A stretch of 64,000 nt of DNA from an uncultured delta proteobacterium (GTDB lineage Bacteria; Desulfobacterota; Syntrophobacteria; Syntrophobacterales; Syntrophobacteraceae), in NCBI GenBank assembly GCA_963808625.1, contig CAWEHK010000024.1, positions 1 through 64,000 of the forward strand, in the 5' to 3' direction. The translations under genes were made by a program, and so were the position numbers. The notes below the pieces were generated by a model, which searched no databases, was not told the DNA's origin, and saw nothing but the letters and a program-made list of their open reading frames with translations. This document shows positions 8,811-19,887 of the stretch, piece by piece. Each line of letters begins with the position of its first letter. Position 1 is the stretch's first letter.

Positions 8811-9693
8811 TCATTCCACATTCTGAAACTGCTCTTTCAGCTTGCCGATCTCGGTTTTCATCGCGATCACCGAGCGGATGGTCCCCAGGTCACCGGTCTT
8901 GCTGCCGATCGTGTTGACCTCCCGGTGCATCTCCTGGGTAAGGAAATCAAGCCTTCTGCCATCAGCCGGGGCGGCGTCGGCGAGGAGTTCCTGCATCTGG
9001 TCGAGATGGCTGCCAAGCCTTACCATTTCTTCGTTGATGTCGGATCGATCGGCAACCAGGGCCACCTCCATGAGGAGACGGTTTTCGTCCATTTGGGTCT
9101 CCCCGAGCAGTTCCTGCGATACGATCATGGAGCCGCTGCCGGTAGCTGGCAAGGATGGCTTCCTGTTCACTTTCGATGGCGGAAAGCTCGCGGCGCACAC
9201 TGGCGACCCGGGTCAGACAGTCGTCGAGGAGGGCCTTGCCCTCCTGGATCTTCATTTGCTGGATTTGTTGGATGGCCTCGAGGAGGGCTTCGGTCAAGAC
9301 GGTCTTGAGGGCATCGCGATCGACCGTGGTTTCGCAGGGCTCGAAAAGATAAGGGATGCGCAGCAGGTGATCCAGGCTTGGCGGATCGCTTTGCGGCAGC
9401 CGGCGGTGCAGTTCCTCGAGCTGTTCCCAGTAGCTCCCGGCGAGGCTCAAGTTGAGTTGCGGAGCTTTCGCCTGGGCCGCTTTCAGGTCGATTTGCACGG
9501 CGACTTCGAGGCGCCCGCGCCTCACCGATTGCGCAATCACCTTGCGGCAGTGGTCTTCGAATTCCACATAGTTCTTGGGCAGCCGCAGCACCACATCCAG
9601 GTTGCGACTGTTCAGGGCCCTGATTTCAACCGTTATCGAAAATTCCGATGCTTCCCTCTGACTGCGACCGAATGCGGTCATGCTAAGGATCAA
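8811..9693 (-). CDS. yicC: YicC/YloC endoribonuclease (frameshift near 9120)
   Basis: MILSMTAFGR, RRGRLE, DINEEMVRL, GRRLDFLTQEMHREVNTIGSK, EQFQNVE. Confidence 0.93.
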
Positions 9694-9748
9694 GATCGAC
9701 CTCCCCGTTCATGTATGCTTGTTTGGATTGAGAATTCCGTTCTCGAAC

Positions 9749-9963
9749 TCACCGCAGAGACGCAGAGAACGCAGAGAAAAGCGATTGCTTTGAATCTCCG
9801 GGGCCAGACGCGTTGATGCAAAAGGCTCGTCCGAAAATAATTTGCTCTCATTTCAATCCTGTTTCAAACCACGAAGAACACGAAGGACAGAAGCACGAAG
9901 AGCACGAAGAAATCACTTCGGGTCTGTTTAGCATTTTCCGTGTATTCCGTGTATTCCGTGGTG
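9749..9963. repeat. 9-mer-period palindromic intergenic repeats (CACCGCAGAGACGCAGAG and ACCACGAAGAACACGAAG types)
   Basis: Related copies at ~8667-8740, 16164-16244 and 47067-47150. Confidence 0.7.
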
Positions 9964-9975
9964 AAAGATGATCTC

Positions 9976-10575
9976 TCACTCCCGCATGACCCCTAAGCGA
10001 TCAAGAGCAACCTCCCGATTTTTTGGTTCACGCAGGTCTTTTGCCTGGGGCCATCCCTGGTGCTGCAGGCGCAGTTTGTGGCGGAGCACCTTAAGGAAAT
10101 GGAGCAATGAGGCTTCCTGATAATCGGGATAGGTCCATGGCAGCTTCTGGTAGGCCCCGTCTTGATAGAGCAGGGTGAGATCGGCGTAAATGCCGTCCCG
10201 CAAATAAATCCGGTGCGTGTAGTTCTTTCCCGTTGCGAGAACGAGGCGTTCTTCGCTGAGAATTCCCGGGTCGATATTGATCCGCCTCTTGCCGTCGCGG
10301 GATAGTTGGATTTCGAGTTGATTGGTGAAGACCTTGAGGTCAGCAAGATTTTCCGGCCGCACCAGGTTTAGAAAACTGCACACCTGGCGCTTTATGGAGC
10401 GTCCCATTTCCCGCTCGTAGTAGGCGGTATAGGTGAAAGGCCGGGCTTCGGTGAGAAAATCCGGAGGGCCGAACTGCTCAACAAGCATTCCCAGCGCCCG
10501 ATCGCGGATTTCAAGGTCGGTAAAAAGCAGCCCCATGATGAGCTTTGCCGGCAGGGGTTCTTTGGGAACACTCAT
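9976..10575 (-). CDS. DUF4416 family protein
   Basis: YYEREMG..RRINIDPG..LATGKNYTHRIYLRDGIYADLTL..PWTYPDY. Confidence 0.85.
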   Translation of the reverse strand: MSVPKEPLPAKLIMGLLFTDLEIRDRALGMLVEQFGPPDFLTEARPFTYTAYYEREMGRSIKRQVCSFLNLVRPENLADLKVFTNQLEIQLSRDGKRRINIDPGILSEERLVLATGKNYTHRIYLRDGIYADLTLLYQDGAYQKLPWTYPDYQEASLLHFLKVLRHKLRLQHQGWPQAKDLREPKNREVALDRLGVMRE

Positions 10576-10582
10576 GAAGCGA

Positions 10583-11591
10583 TCAGCAGTTCTGGAGGAT
10601 GGCGCGCAGTTGCTCGGACGAAACCGCAGCCGTGCCGACTTCCCCGACGACAATGCCGGCGGCGAGGTTGGCCAGAAGGGCGGCCTCTTCTCGTGACAAC
10701 CCCGCGACAATCCCGAGCGTCACGGCGGCAATGACGGTATCCCCGGCGCCGGTCACATCGAACACGCGCTGGGCCACCGTCGGGATATGAACAATCTGCC
10801 CGTCATGATGGAAGAGGCTCATCCCGTCTTTGCCCCGGGTGATGAGAACGCTTTCGCAGGCGAGTTGCTCGAGCAGCAGCTTTCCGGCACGAATCAGGGT
10901 TTCTTCGTTGCGAATGTCGATCCCGGACATCTGCGATGCCTCGAGGTTGTTCGGGCGTGACCATGGTGAAGGAGCGGTATAGATCGGCATGCTGCACCTT
11001 CGGATCAACCACCACCGGTACCGACGAGCTGGACACGAGGAGTCGCAGGGCATCCAGGAACTCGCGCGTTACCACCCCCTTGGCATAGTCGGACACAATG
11101 ATGCCCCCGAGCTGGGGAAGATTATCGGCGATGAACGCGAGGATGCGCTCCCCGGTTTCCGGCTTCAGGGGGGTGCGGTGTTCCCGGTCAAATCGAACCA
11201 CCTGCTGATGTCGCGCGATGATCCTGGTCTTCACCGAGGTGGGGCGGCCATCCTCCGTGATCAGACCGGCGGTGGGTACGGAAATATCTTCGAAGAGCCG
11301 CAACAGTTCCCGGCCGGCAAGGTCATTTCCGATGGCGCCGGCGACCATGGTTTTACCCCCAAGGCTCGCCACATTGTGGGCAACATTAGCGGAACCGCCA
11401 AGGAGGTGAGATTCTTCGCGGACTTCCACCACCGGCACGGGGGCTTCGGGGGAGATGCGGCTGACTTCCCCCCAGATGAAGCTGTCCAGCATGAGGTCGC
11501 CCACGACCAGGACGCGACAGTCCGGAAACCGGGAAATGGCCTGAAGCAGGCGATGCTTCTGTTCCGGGGAGAGTTTTATGCCGACTTGCAT
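10583..11591 (-). CDS. rfaE1: D-glycero-beta-D-manno-heptose-7-phosphate kinase (RfaE domain I; frameshift near 10955)
   Basis: VGDLMLD..RISPEAPVPVV, SDYAKG, VFDVTGAGDTV. Confidence 0.92.
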
Positions 11592-11603
11592 GGCGGGCTG
11601 CCG

Positions 11604-11777
11604 CTAGTCTTCAATCGGTTTGGCTTCGTCAATCAGCATGATGGGAATCCCGTCCCGAATCTCATAGAGGAGTTTGCACTGCCGGCAAATTAAGCCGTCT
11701 TGCGATTCATTCAAGAAAATGGAGCCCTTGCATTTTGGGCAGGCCAGGATGTCGAGCAGTTCTTTATTTATGGTCAT
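11604..11777 (-). CDS. Trm112/YcaR family protein
   Basis: LLDILACPKCKG..YEIRDGIPIML. Confidence 0.9.
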   Translation of the reverse strand: MTINKELLDILACPKCKGSIFLNESQDGLICRQCKLLYEIRDGIPIMLIDEAKPIED

Positions 11778-11805
11778 GTCTTCATACCCCGATGTCAATC
11801 TTGAG

Positions 11806-11952
11806 TGCACGTCGGCATAAGTCCCTGCGCAGTTTCGGTGGGCACAAAAAGACGTGCCCACCCCACACACTGTCTCTGAGCTTCAAACATCGTAGGGTGG
11901 GCACAGCTTTACCCTGCCCACCAACACTCCACGAATTTTCACCCAGATGCAC
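11806..11952. repeat. REP doublet (GTAGGGTGGGCAC..GTGCCCACC type), possibly within a MITE
   Basis: Two palindromic units; related doublet at ~40368-40445. Confidence 0.65.
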
Positions 11953-11986
11953 CAGGGACCTCTCTAAGCAGTCAGTTGGTTTTTTC

Positions 11987-12046
11987 AATCCGCAATCCGC
12001 AATCCGCCATCATCCATCCGCAATCCGCAATCCGAGATCCGAAATT
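11987..12046. repeat. Heptamer tandem repeat (AATCCGC)n
   Basis: Seen directly; overlaps the divIVA 3' end. Confidence 0.8.
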
Positions 12047-12516
12047 CTTCGTGGCTCGCTTTCCCCCTCGTCTTCCTGGTCCGCGTTCAACAGCCGCTGA
12101 TAGGTCTCGATCGTGGAGCGCAGTTTTGATTCAAGGAGAATGCGCTGCCGTTTCATTTCTTCGATATCGTCGTGGATGCGGGCGAGCCGCTGGTGAGCGC
12201 CCTGCAACAGCCTTTCGGCCTCAAGCTCAGCCTCGGCGACAATCAGCTTTGCTTCCTTTTCTGCATTTGTTTTTACCTGCTCCGCCGTTTTGTGGGCATT
12301 GACCAGTACCGTGCGAATGGTCTTCTCGCGTTCCTTGTACTCATGGAGCTCTTTTTCCCGGTCCTGCAGATCCTTGCGAAGACCCGCATTCTCAACCTTC
12401 AAGCGGCGGCTTTCCTCGTTCAATTGCTGACAGAAGCGTTCCACCTCTTTTGGGTCAAGGCCCAGCAGTCGCGTGCGAAAACGCCTCTGCTCCAGCTCAA
12501 CCGAGGTCCAGGTCAT
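12010..12516 (-). CDS. divIVA: DivIVA domain protein
   Basis: FRTRLLGLDPKEVERF followed by a coiled coil; adjacent to yggT. Confidence 0.8.
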   Translation of the reverse strand: MTWTSVELEQRRFRTRLLGLDPKEVERFCQQLNEESRRLKVENAGLRKDLQDREKELHEYKEREKTIRTVLVNAHKTAEQVKTNAEKEAKLIVAEAELEAERLLQGAHQRLARIHDDIEEMKRQRILLESKLRSTIETYQRLLNADQEDEGESEPRRISDLGLRIADG

Positions 12517-12539
12517 GGGAACTCCACCCTCTGAGGTAT

Positions 12540-12843
12540 TTACGTGCCCATCCGGACGGCCATTCCTGCCAGGGTGGGGACGAGAAAGCTATCGAGGAAA
12601 TAGATGCCCAGGATGACAACCATCGGGGAGAAATCAACGCCCCCCAAAAAACATGGGCACACGCCTGCGGATGGCATAGAGGACCGGTTCCGTGACGTTG
12701 TAGAGAAACCGGACGATGGGGTTGTGCGGGTCCGGATTGACCCAGGAGAGAAGCGCGCGAGCGATGACGATCCACATGTAGAGGTTGAGGACAATGTGGA
12801 GAATGTTAGCCAGAGCGAAAATGAGATTGCTGAAAACGAACAT
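12540..12843 (-). CDS. yggT: YggT family membrane protein (frameshift near 12650)
   Basis: LLSWVNPDPHNPIVRFLYNVTEPVL..GGVDFSPMVVI. Confidence 0.9.
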
Positions 12844-12933
12844 CTTTCACCTGTGCTGATATCTGGAGGAATCCCAAAACTACCCGGTGCTGCCTGCGAC
12901 AAAAATTGAAATTACTTATTTTCTTTGAGGCTG

Positions 12934-13878
12934 TCAACTTCTACGCAAGGGGCTCAGGATTTCATTTGGTGTCGTTGTCGTCTGAGCAGGGGGTGAGGTC
13001 CTCGCACTCAGGACAATTCCCGTGCCGAGGATGACAAGCCCCAGGGCTTTTGTGGCCGTCACCTTTTCTCCGAGCAGCCAATAGGCGAGGAGGGTTGCGC
13101 CGAGGGGTTCGCCCAGGATCAATACCGCCACCGTCGTTGGGGAGAGAAATTTCAAGGTCCAGTTAAAGGTGGTATGGCCGATCAACTGCGGGATGACTGC
13201 CAGAAGAACGAGCATCAGGTAGGTTTTGCCGGTGAATCCGGAGAGCGGGGTTGCCGTGAAGGCGCTGAAGGCGAGCAGGAACAGGGCCGCGCTCCCGTAT
13301 GCGCCGAGCGTGTACGCGGTCACCTCGAGATGAGGCCGGACCGAACGTCCGGCCAGGAGATAGCCGGAGACCGCGAGGGCTCCTGCCAGGGCCAGGAGAT
13401 CCCCGACCAGGGCTTCCGTGGAGAAGTGGAAGTCATTCCCGGCGATGAGGCCGCTGCCTGCCAGGACCAGGAAGATGCCGAGCCAGGCGAACCTGGAGAG
13501 CCGTTCATCGAAGCGGAAGTACGCGAAAAGGGCAACGAAGAGGGGTGTCGTGCTGACCAGCGTAGCGGAACTGGCAACGGAGGTCATTTGCAGGGAGCGG
13601 ATCCAGAAGGCGAAGTGGAGCGCCAGGAAAAATCCGGCAAGGCAAGTGAGGCCGAGCAGTCGGGCATTCCACCGCCGCCAGGTTGCGGGCAACCTCAAGG
13701 AAAAATAGGGAGTCAGGATGAGGGAAGCGAGACCGACACGATAGGTGGCTATGGCCAGGGAGGGGGCATCGGCGAGCCGGACCAGAATGGAAGCGAACGA
13801 AATTGCGGTGATGGCGGCACCGACAAGGGACCACAATAGATAGGGATGGGGTCGGGTAGATGGGGAAGCATGGTGCAT
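12934..13878 (-). CDS. DMT/EamA family transporter
   Basis: About ten hydrophobic segments, SVASSATLV, GEPLGATLLA. Confidence 0.88.
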   Translation of the reverse strand: MHHASPSTRPHPYLLWSLVGAAITAISFASILVRLADAPSLAIATYRVGLASLILTPYFSLRLPATWRRWNARLLGLTCLAGFFLALHFAFWIRSLQMTSVASSATLVSTTPLFVALFAYFRFDERLSRFAWLGIFLVLAGSGLIAGNDFHFSTEALVGDLLALAGALAVSGYLLAGRSVRPHLEVTAYTLGAYGSAALFLLAFSAFTATPLSGFTGKTYLMLVLLAVIPQLIGHTTFNWTLKFLSPTTVAVLILGEPLGATLLAYWLLGEKVTATKALGLVILGTGIVLSARTSPPAQTTTTPNEILSPLRRS

Positions 13879-13996
13879 AGGTGCCGCAGTTCGATGAAAC
13901 GTTGCTCGGTAAACCTCCGCTAAAAATTTCTTGACAACATGGGTAGCGTCAAGTAGTAATAACCGTTCAAAACTTTTTCAGAGAGGAGCAGTTATC

Positions 13997-14125
13997 ATGG
14001 TAAAGAGCCCATGCATCAATTGTGAAAGAGCATCCGAAGACAAGAACAAATGCCTGGAGAACTGTGAGAAACTCCGAGAGTATCAGGAATTGATTCTAAA
14101 GCAAGGAATTTATGCAACCATGTAA
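13997..14125 (+). CDS. Small Cys-rich protein (42 aa; CxxC..CxxxC)
   Basis: RBS GAGAGGAG, TTGACA promoter at 13931, downstream terminator. Confidence 0.6.
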   Translation: MVKSPCINCERASEDKNKCLENCEKLREYQELILKQGIYATM

Positions 14126-14152
14126 GCAGGGGCGCTGCTGCCTCGCCTCCTT

Positions 14153-14175
14153 GCGGCCCCGGCGGCCGCTTTTTT
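14153..14175 (+). terminator. Intrinsic terminator
   Basis: GCGGCC-N5-GGCCGC-T6. Confidence 0.55.
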
Positions 14176-14248
14176 CTCATCAATAACGATTGCGATAACG
14201 ATCAGGAAGGGGACTGCCCGCGAGCGGCGAACCTGGAGGATATGTACA

Positions 14249-14590
14249 ATGTATGCGGTATTTCAGTCCGGTGGCAAACAGTATCAGGCCGAACCCGGGA
14301 CCGTGCTCAAGCTCGAGAGACTTCCAGGGGAGGTCGGTGGCGAAGTCACCCTGGATCAAGTGGTCCTTCTCGGTGAAGGTGATGAGGTGCAGGTCGGGCA
14401 GCCGCTGCTGAAGGATGTATCCGTCCGGGGGCGCATCGTGGAACAGGGGCGTCACCGCAAGATCATTGTCTTCAAGCACAAAAGGCGCAAAGATTATCGC
14501 AAGAAGCAGGGGCACAGGCAGTATTACACGGCCGTCCTGATTCAGAGCATTGAAAAGGGCGTCGAGGCGGGACCTCAGGCCGATTCCTAA
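14249..14590 (+). CDS. rplU: 50S ribosomal protein L21
   Basis: MYAVFQSGGKQY..GHRQYYT. Confidence 0.97.
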   Translation: MYAVFQSGGKQYQAEPGTVLKLERLPGEVGGEVTLDQVVLLGEGDEVQVGQPLLKDVSVRGRIVEQGRHRKIIVFKHKRRKDYRKKQGHRQYYTAVLIQSIEKGVEAGPQADS

Positions 14591-14636
14591 GCTCTCATCA
14601 TAGTATCGGAAGCATCCGGAATTGGAGGAATGATCC

Positions 14637-14903
14637 ATGGCACATAAAAAGGCTGGAGGAAGCTCCAGGAATGGTCGGGACAGCGCCGGCCAGCGTCGCG
14701 GAGTAAAGCGCTATGGCGGCGAGACGGTCAGGGCGGGCAACATTCTGGTTCGGCAGTTGGGGACCAAATTCCACCCGGGCAAGAACGTCGGCATGGGTAG
14801 AGACTATACCCTCTTTGCTCTGATCGACGGCACGGTCACCTTCGAATACAAGGACAAGATGCGCCAGAAAATCAGCGTCTATCCGGTCCCAGTCCCATCA
14901 TAG
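14637..14903 (+). CDS. rpmA: 50S ribosomal protein L27
   Basis: [16 protein letters not shown]. Confidence 0.98.
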   Translation: MAHKKAGGSSRNGRDSAGQRRGVKRYGGETVRAGNILVRQLGTKFHPGKNVGMGRDYTLFALIDGTVTFEYKDKMRQKISVYPVPVPS

Positions 14904-14990
14904 AGCTTTTTCCCTTCCTTGAATCCCCAGGTAATCCGGTGCAGACTCCGTTGATCGGAATCTGCACCTTATGCACCTCCCGGAATTTAA

Positions 14991-16041
<1,051 letters not shown>

Positions 16042-16297
16042 AAATATAGCGGGGATTCGATCAGTTCAGGGTATAATGGCCTGACTTTTTGCTATTGTGG
16101 GGGCTGTTGTTACGCGCGTGCTTTGGCGGGCGAAGGGGTCATTTAACCATGAGGTTGAAATTCCTCTGCGGTACCGAGAGACGCAGAGGACGCAGAGATT
16201 TGTAACCAGCGGTCTTTCTCTGCGCTTCTGCGCCTCTGCGGTGAGGTTTTAGTCCATCAAAGCGAGGGATTATAGCTGGTAAAGGAAAACGTTGCTT

Positions 16298-17452
16298 ATG
16301 GAGGAAGTTAAGGATCGAGCGGCATTTTTCAGGGGCTGCCGGCGGCTGGTGATCAAGGTTGGAAGCGCCGTATTGACCGATTCCCGAGGATTGAACCGGG
16401 TGATGATCCATCGTCTGAGCGATCAGATTGCGGAGCTCCGGCAAAGTGATCCGGACCGCAAGATGGCCATCGTGTCTTCGGGTGCGGTGGCTTCGGGTTT
16501 GCGCAAGGCGGGTTTTACCGAGCGGCCCCGCACCATCCCCCACAAACAGGCCATGGCAGCGGTCGGGCAGGGTGTGCTGATGGAGGCCTGGGAGGCCGCT
16601 TTCGACAAGTACGATCTGCTCGTGGCGCAGGTGCTCCTTACCAGCGAGGACCTTAGCCATCGTCATCGTTACCTGAATGCGCGCAATACGCTCGAAACCC
16701 TTCTCGATTGGGGTATTCTGCCCATCATCAATGAAAACGATACGGTGGTGGTCGAGGAAATCAGATTTGGCGACAATGATCACCTCTCGGCCATGATCGC
16801 CGGGCTGATCGGCGCTGATCTGGTAATCATTCTGACCGACACCGCAGGATTATACGACTGCGATCCCCGGTTCCATGAGGAAGCCCGCCTCATTCCCTTT
16901 GTGCACCGGATTGATTCCAAGATTGCGGCGTGCGCCACCCCGGTGCCCGGTTCCGTCGGCACCGGTGGGATGTTGAGCAAGATCAATGCCGCAAAAAAAT
17001 GCCTGGCTTCAGGCATTCCCATGATCATTGCCCCGGGCAGGGAGCGGGATGTGCTGCTGCGGATCTTTGCCGGCGAAGCGTTTGGCACACTTTTCCTTCC
17101 CCGGAAACGCATTTATCATGGTAAAAAACTGTGGCTGGCAAACCTTCCCAAGCCTGTCGGGGAACTGGTGCTCGACGAAGGTGCGGTGACGGCCCTCCAA
17201 AAACGCGGAAAGTCGCTCCTGCCCATCGGCATTCGCCAGGTTCGCGGGACCTTTGGCGTTGGCGCTCCGGTGAGATGCCTGAATGAGGCGGGCGAGGTCA
17301 TCGGCGTCGGATTGTGCAATTACAAGTCATCGGAAGTCGACCTCATCAAAGGCCGCCACACCGAGGAGATTGAAAATCTCGTTGGTTACAAGCATTCGGA
17401 CGAAGTGATCCACCGCAATAATTTTGTGTTAACCGGCGAAATCGAGGAATAG
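16298..17452 (+). CDS. proB: Glutamate 5-kinase
   Basis: KVGSAVL, INENDTV, FGDND, GTGGMLSK, C-terminal PUA domain. Confidence 0.97.
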   Translation: MEEVKDRAAFFRGCRRLVIKVGSAVLTDSRGLNRVMIHRLSDQIAELRQSDPDRKMAIVSSGAVASGLRKAGFTERPRTIPHKQAMAAVGQGVLMEAWEAAFDKYDLLVAQVLLTSEDLSHRHRYLNARNTLETLLDWGILPIINENDTVVVEEIRFGDNDHLSAMIAGLIGADLVIILTDTAGLYDCDPRFHEEARLIPFVHRIDSKIAACATPVPGSVGTGGMLSKINAAKKCLASGIPMIIAPGRERDVLLRIFAGEAFGTLFLPRKRIYHGKKLWLANLPKPVGELVLDEGAVTALQKRGKSLLPIGIRQVRGTFGVGAPVRCLNEAGEVIGVGLCNYKSSEVDLIKGRHTEEIENLVGYKHSDEVIHRNNFVLTGEIEE

Positions 17453-17472
17453 GATGAGCAAAGGGGATACTG

Positions 17473-18723
17473 ATGCGTGAAGAAATCCTGCGCATGGGCA
17501 AGGAAGCTCGCACGGCGGCCCATGAGATGGCAAAAGCCGGCAGTGTTCGCAAAACGGAAGCGCTCCAACACCTTGCCGGTGCCCTGGAACAAGAGCGGGA
17601 AAATATCGCCCGGGCCAACCAGAAAGATATTGAAGACGCTCTGCGCAAAGGACTGTCGGCGCCCAAGGTGGAGCGCCTTCGCCTGAATGAAAAAGGACTC
17701 GGCGAAATGATAAGCGGGCTCCATGAGGTTGCTCTGCTGAACGATCCCATCGGTGAAATCACTCGCATGTGGACGCGTCCGAATGGGCTCAGGGTGGGGC
17801 GGATGAGAATTCCAATCGGGGTTGTCGGCATTGTCTACGAGTCCCGGCCGAACGTCACCATCGATGCGGCTGCCCTCTGTATCAAGGCCGGAAATGCCGT
17901 CGTCCTTCGGGGTGGTTCCGAAGCCTTTAACTCGAACCAGTGCCTGGCCGCGGTCCTCCAGGCATCGCTCGCGGCTTCCGGGCTCCCGGCAGCGGCGGTG
18001 CAGCTGGTTGGCACCACGGATCGGGGTGCGGTGCTCGACCTGCTTAAGTTGGAAGAATATATTGATGTCATGATTCCCCGCGGCGGTGAGGACCTTATCA
18101 GGTTCGTCGCGGAGCATGCCCGCATGCCGGTCCTCAAGCATTACAAAGGCGTCTGCCATGTTTATGTCGATGCCGAAGCGGACCTGGAGATGGCTGAAAA
18201 CATCTGCCTCAATGCAAAAATCCAGCGGCCCGCGACCTGCAACGCGATGGAGACCCTGCTCGTGCACCGGGACGTTGCGGGGGCCTTTCTCCCGACCATG
18301 GCCGCTGCGTTTCGCAGGGGAGGCGTGGAACTGCGCGGCTGCGGGAAGACGCGGGCCATCGTCCCCGATTGCCTCGCGGCGACCGAGGAAGACTGGTATG
18401 CCGAATACCTTGATCTTATCCTTGCCGTGAAAGTGGTGGATAACATGGAAGAGGCCATCGGTCACATTACGGCCTATGGTTCGCAACACACCGAAGCGAT
18501 TGTCACGCGAAACTTTGCTCAGGCCCATCGTTTTCTCGAGGAGGTCCAATCCTCGCTGGTGCTCGTCAATGCCTCGACGCGGTTCAATGACGGATTTCAA
18601 CTGGGTTTGGGCGCCGAGATCGGTATTTCCACGTCGCGCCTGCACGCTTTTGGCCCAATGGGAGTTGAGGAATTGACCACCACCAAATTCATCGCTTTAG
18701 GGAATGGTCAGCTGCGCACCTGA
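17473..18723 (+). CDS. proA: Gamma-glutamyl phosphate reductase
   Basis: [33 protein letters not shown]. Confidence 0.97.
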   Translation: MREEILRMGKEARTAAHEMAKAGSVRKTEALQHLAGALEQERENIARANQKDIEDALRKGLSAPKVERLRLNEKGLGEMISGLHEVALLNDPIGEITRMWTRPNGLRVGRMRIPIGVVGIVYESRPNVTIDAAALCIKAGNAVVLRGGSEAFNSNQCLAAVLQASLAASGLPAAAVQLVGTTDRGAVLDLLKLEEYIDVMIPRGGEDLIRFVAEHARMPVLKHYKGVCHVYVDAEADLEMAENICLNAKIQRPATCNAMETLLVHRDVAGAFLPTMAAAFRRGGVELRGCGKTRAIVPDCLAATEEDWYAEYLDLILAVKVVDNMEEAIGHITAYGSQHTEAIVTRNFAQAHRFLEEVQSSLVLVNASTRFNDGFQLGLGAEIGISTSRLHAFGPMGVEELTTTKFIALGNGQLRT

Positions 18724-18740
18724 TAAAGCAGTAGTGAGCG

Positions 18741-19475
18741 ATGACTATGACAGAGCGCGTGGGAGTTATGGGGGGGACGTTCGATCCCGTTCATCTGGGA
18801 CACCTGAGGGTGGCGGAAGAGGCGGTTGAAGCCCTGGGGCTTGACACGCTTCTGTTCGTTCCGGCGGCCATTCCGCCGCACAAATTGGGGAAGAAAATCC
18901 TTGCCTTCGAACACCGCTGGCAGATGTTACGGTTGGCGACGGACCCGCACCCCAGGTTTAAGGCCTCGGACGTCGAGATGCGGCTGCCGGGCAAATCCTA
19001 CACGGTGATCACCCTCCGGAAGCTGTCCGAATTGTACGCCGGCACGGCCCAGCTTTTTTTTATCGCAGGGCTGGACGCCTTTCTGGAGATGGATACCTGG
19101 TGGCATTTCCAGGAGTTGTTTGCATTGGCCAATATGGTCATCCTGCGACGCCCGGGATACAATGAAGAGCATATGTCCGGGTTTCTAAGGGAGCGGGTTT
19201 CCTCTCTCTACACCTATGCTGCCGGTGAAGCCTGCTATCGGCACCCTCATCTCTTGCCCGTGCATTACCTGAATAATACCTGGCTGGATATCTCTTCGAC
19301 CCGCATCCGGCAGTTGATAAAGGAAGGAAAATCTATCCGCTATCTGGTTCTCCCCGAGGTTATGCACTATATTCATGCGAACCGGCTTTATCGAGGGGAT
19401 GAACCCTTCGAAACCGAACCGCATGGAGCGCAGAGGACCTGGGATGACAGACAGAGTGAGGGGTATGGCGGCTAG
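18741..19475 (+). CDS. nadD: Nicotinate-nucleotide adenylyltransferase
   Basis: GGTFDPVHLGH, ISSTRIR. Confidence 0.95.
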   Translation: MTMTERVGVMGGTFDPVHLGHLRVAEEAVEALGLDTLLFVPAAIPPHKLGKKILAFEHRWQMLRLATDPHPRFKASDVEMRLPGKSYTVITLRKLSELYAGTAQLFFIAGLDAFLEMDTWWHFQELFALANMVILRRPGYNEEHMSGFLRERVSSLYTYAAGEACYRHPHLLPVHYLNNTWLDISSTRIRQLIKEGKSIRYLVLPEVMHYIHANRLYRGDEPFETEPHGAQRTWDDRQSEGYGG

Positions 19476-19887
19476 TGAGGACAGGAAACGGGAACCACCC
19501 ATGAACACCAGGGACAAGGCTCTGCTTTGTGCCCGCGAGGCGTCTCAATGCAAAGCGCTTGATCTGGTGTTACTCGAGGTGACCGGACTGACTTCCTTTA
19601 CGGATTTTTTTCTCATTTGCAGCGGCAAATCCAGTCGGCAGGTGCAGGGCATCGCGAGTAATCTGGAAGCGAGCCTCGCTGATCTGGGAATCAAACCGCT
19701 TGGTATTGAAGGCCGGAATGAAGGGCATTGGGTCCTCATGGATTACGCCGATGTCGTCATTCATATTTTCTACGAACCCGTGCGGTATTTCTATGACCTG
19801 GAGAGCCTCTGGTCCGACGCCACGCGGGTGGTTTGGTCGGGAGCTGCTTTGATGGGTGAACAGGGTCCGAACGAGGAGGCTTTATGA
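19465..19887 (+). CDS. rsfS: Ribosome silencing factor
   Basis: WVLMDYADVVIHIF..RYFYDLESLW; start may be 19501. Confidence 0.93.
   Translation: MAASEDRKREPPMNTRDKALLCAREASQCKALDLVLLEVTGLTSFTDFFLICSGKSSRQVQGIASNLEASLADLGIKPLGIEGRNEGHWVLMDYADVVIHIFYEPVRYFYDLESLWSDATRVVWSGAALMGEQGPNEEAL

Noticed and set aside
17386..18645. Long antisense ORFs (e.g. 17386-18645, 8842-9816, 3079-3972, 50545-51396)
   Set aside because: These are shadow frames of well-supported genes in GC-rich DNA, with no recognisable motifs.
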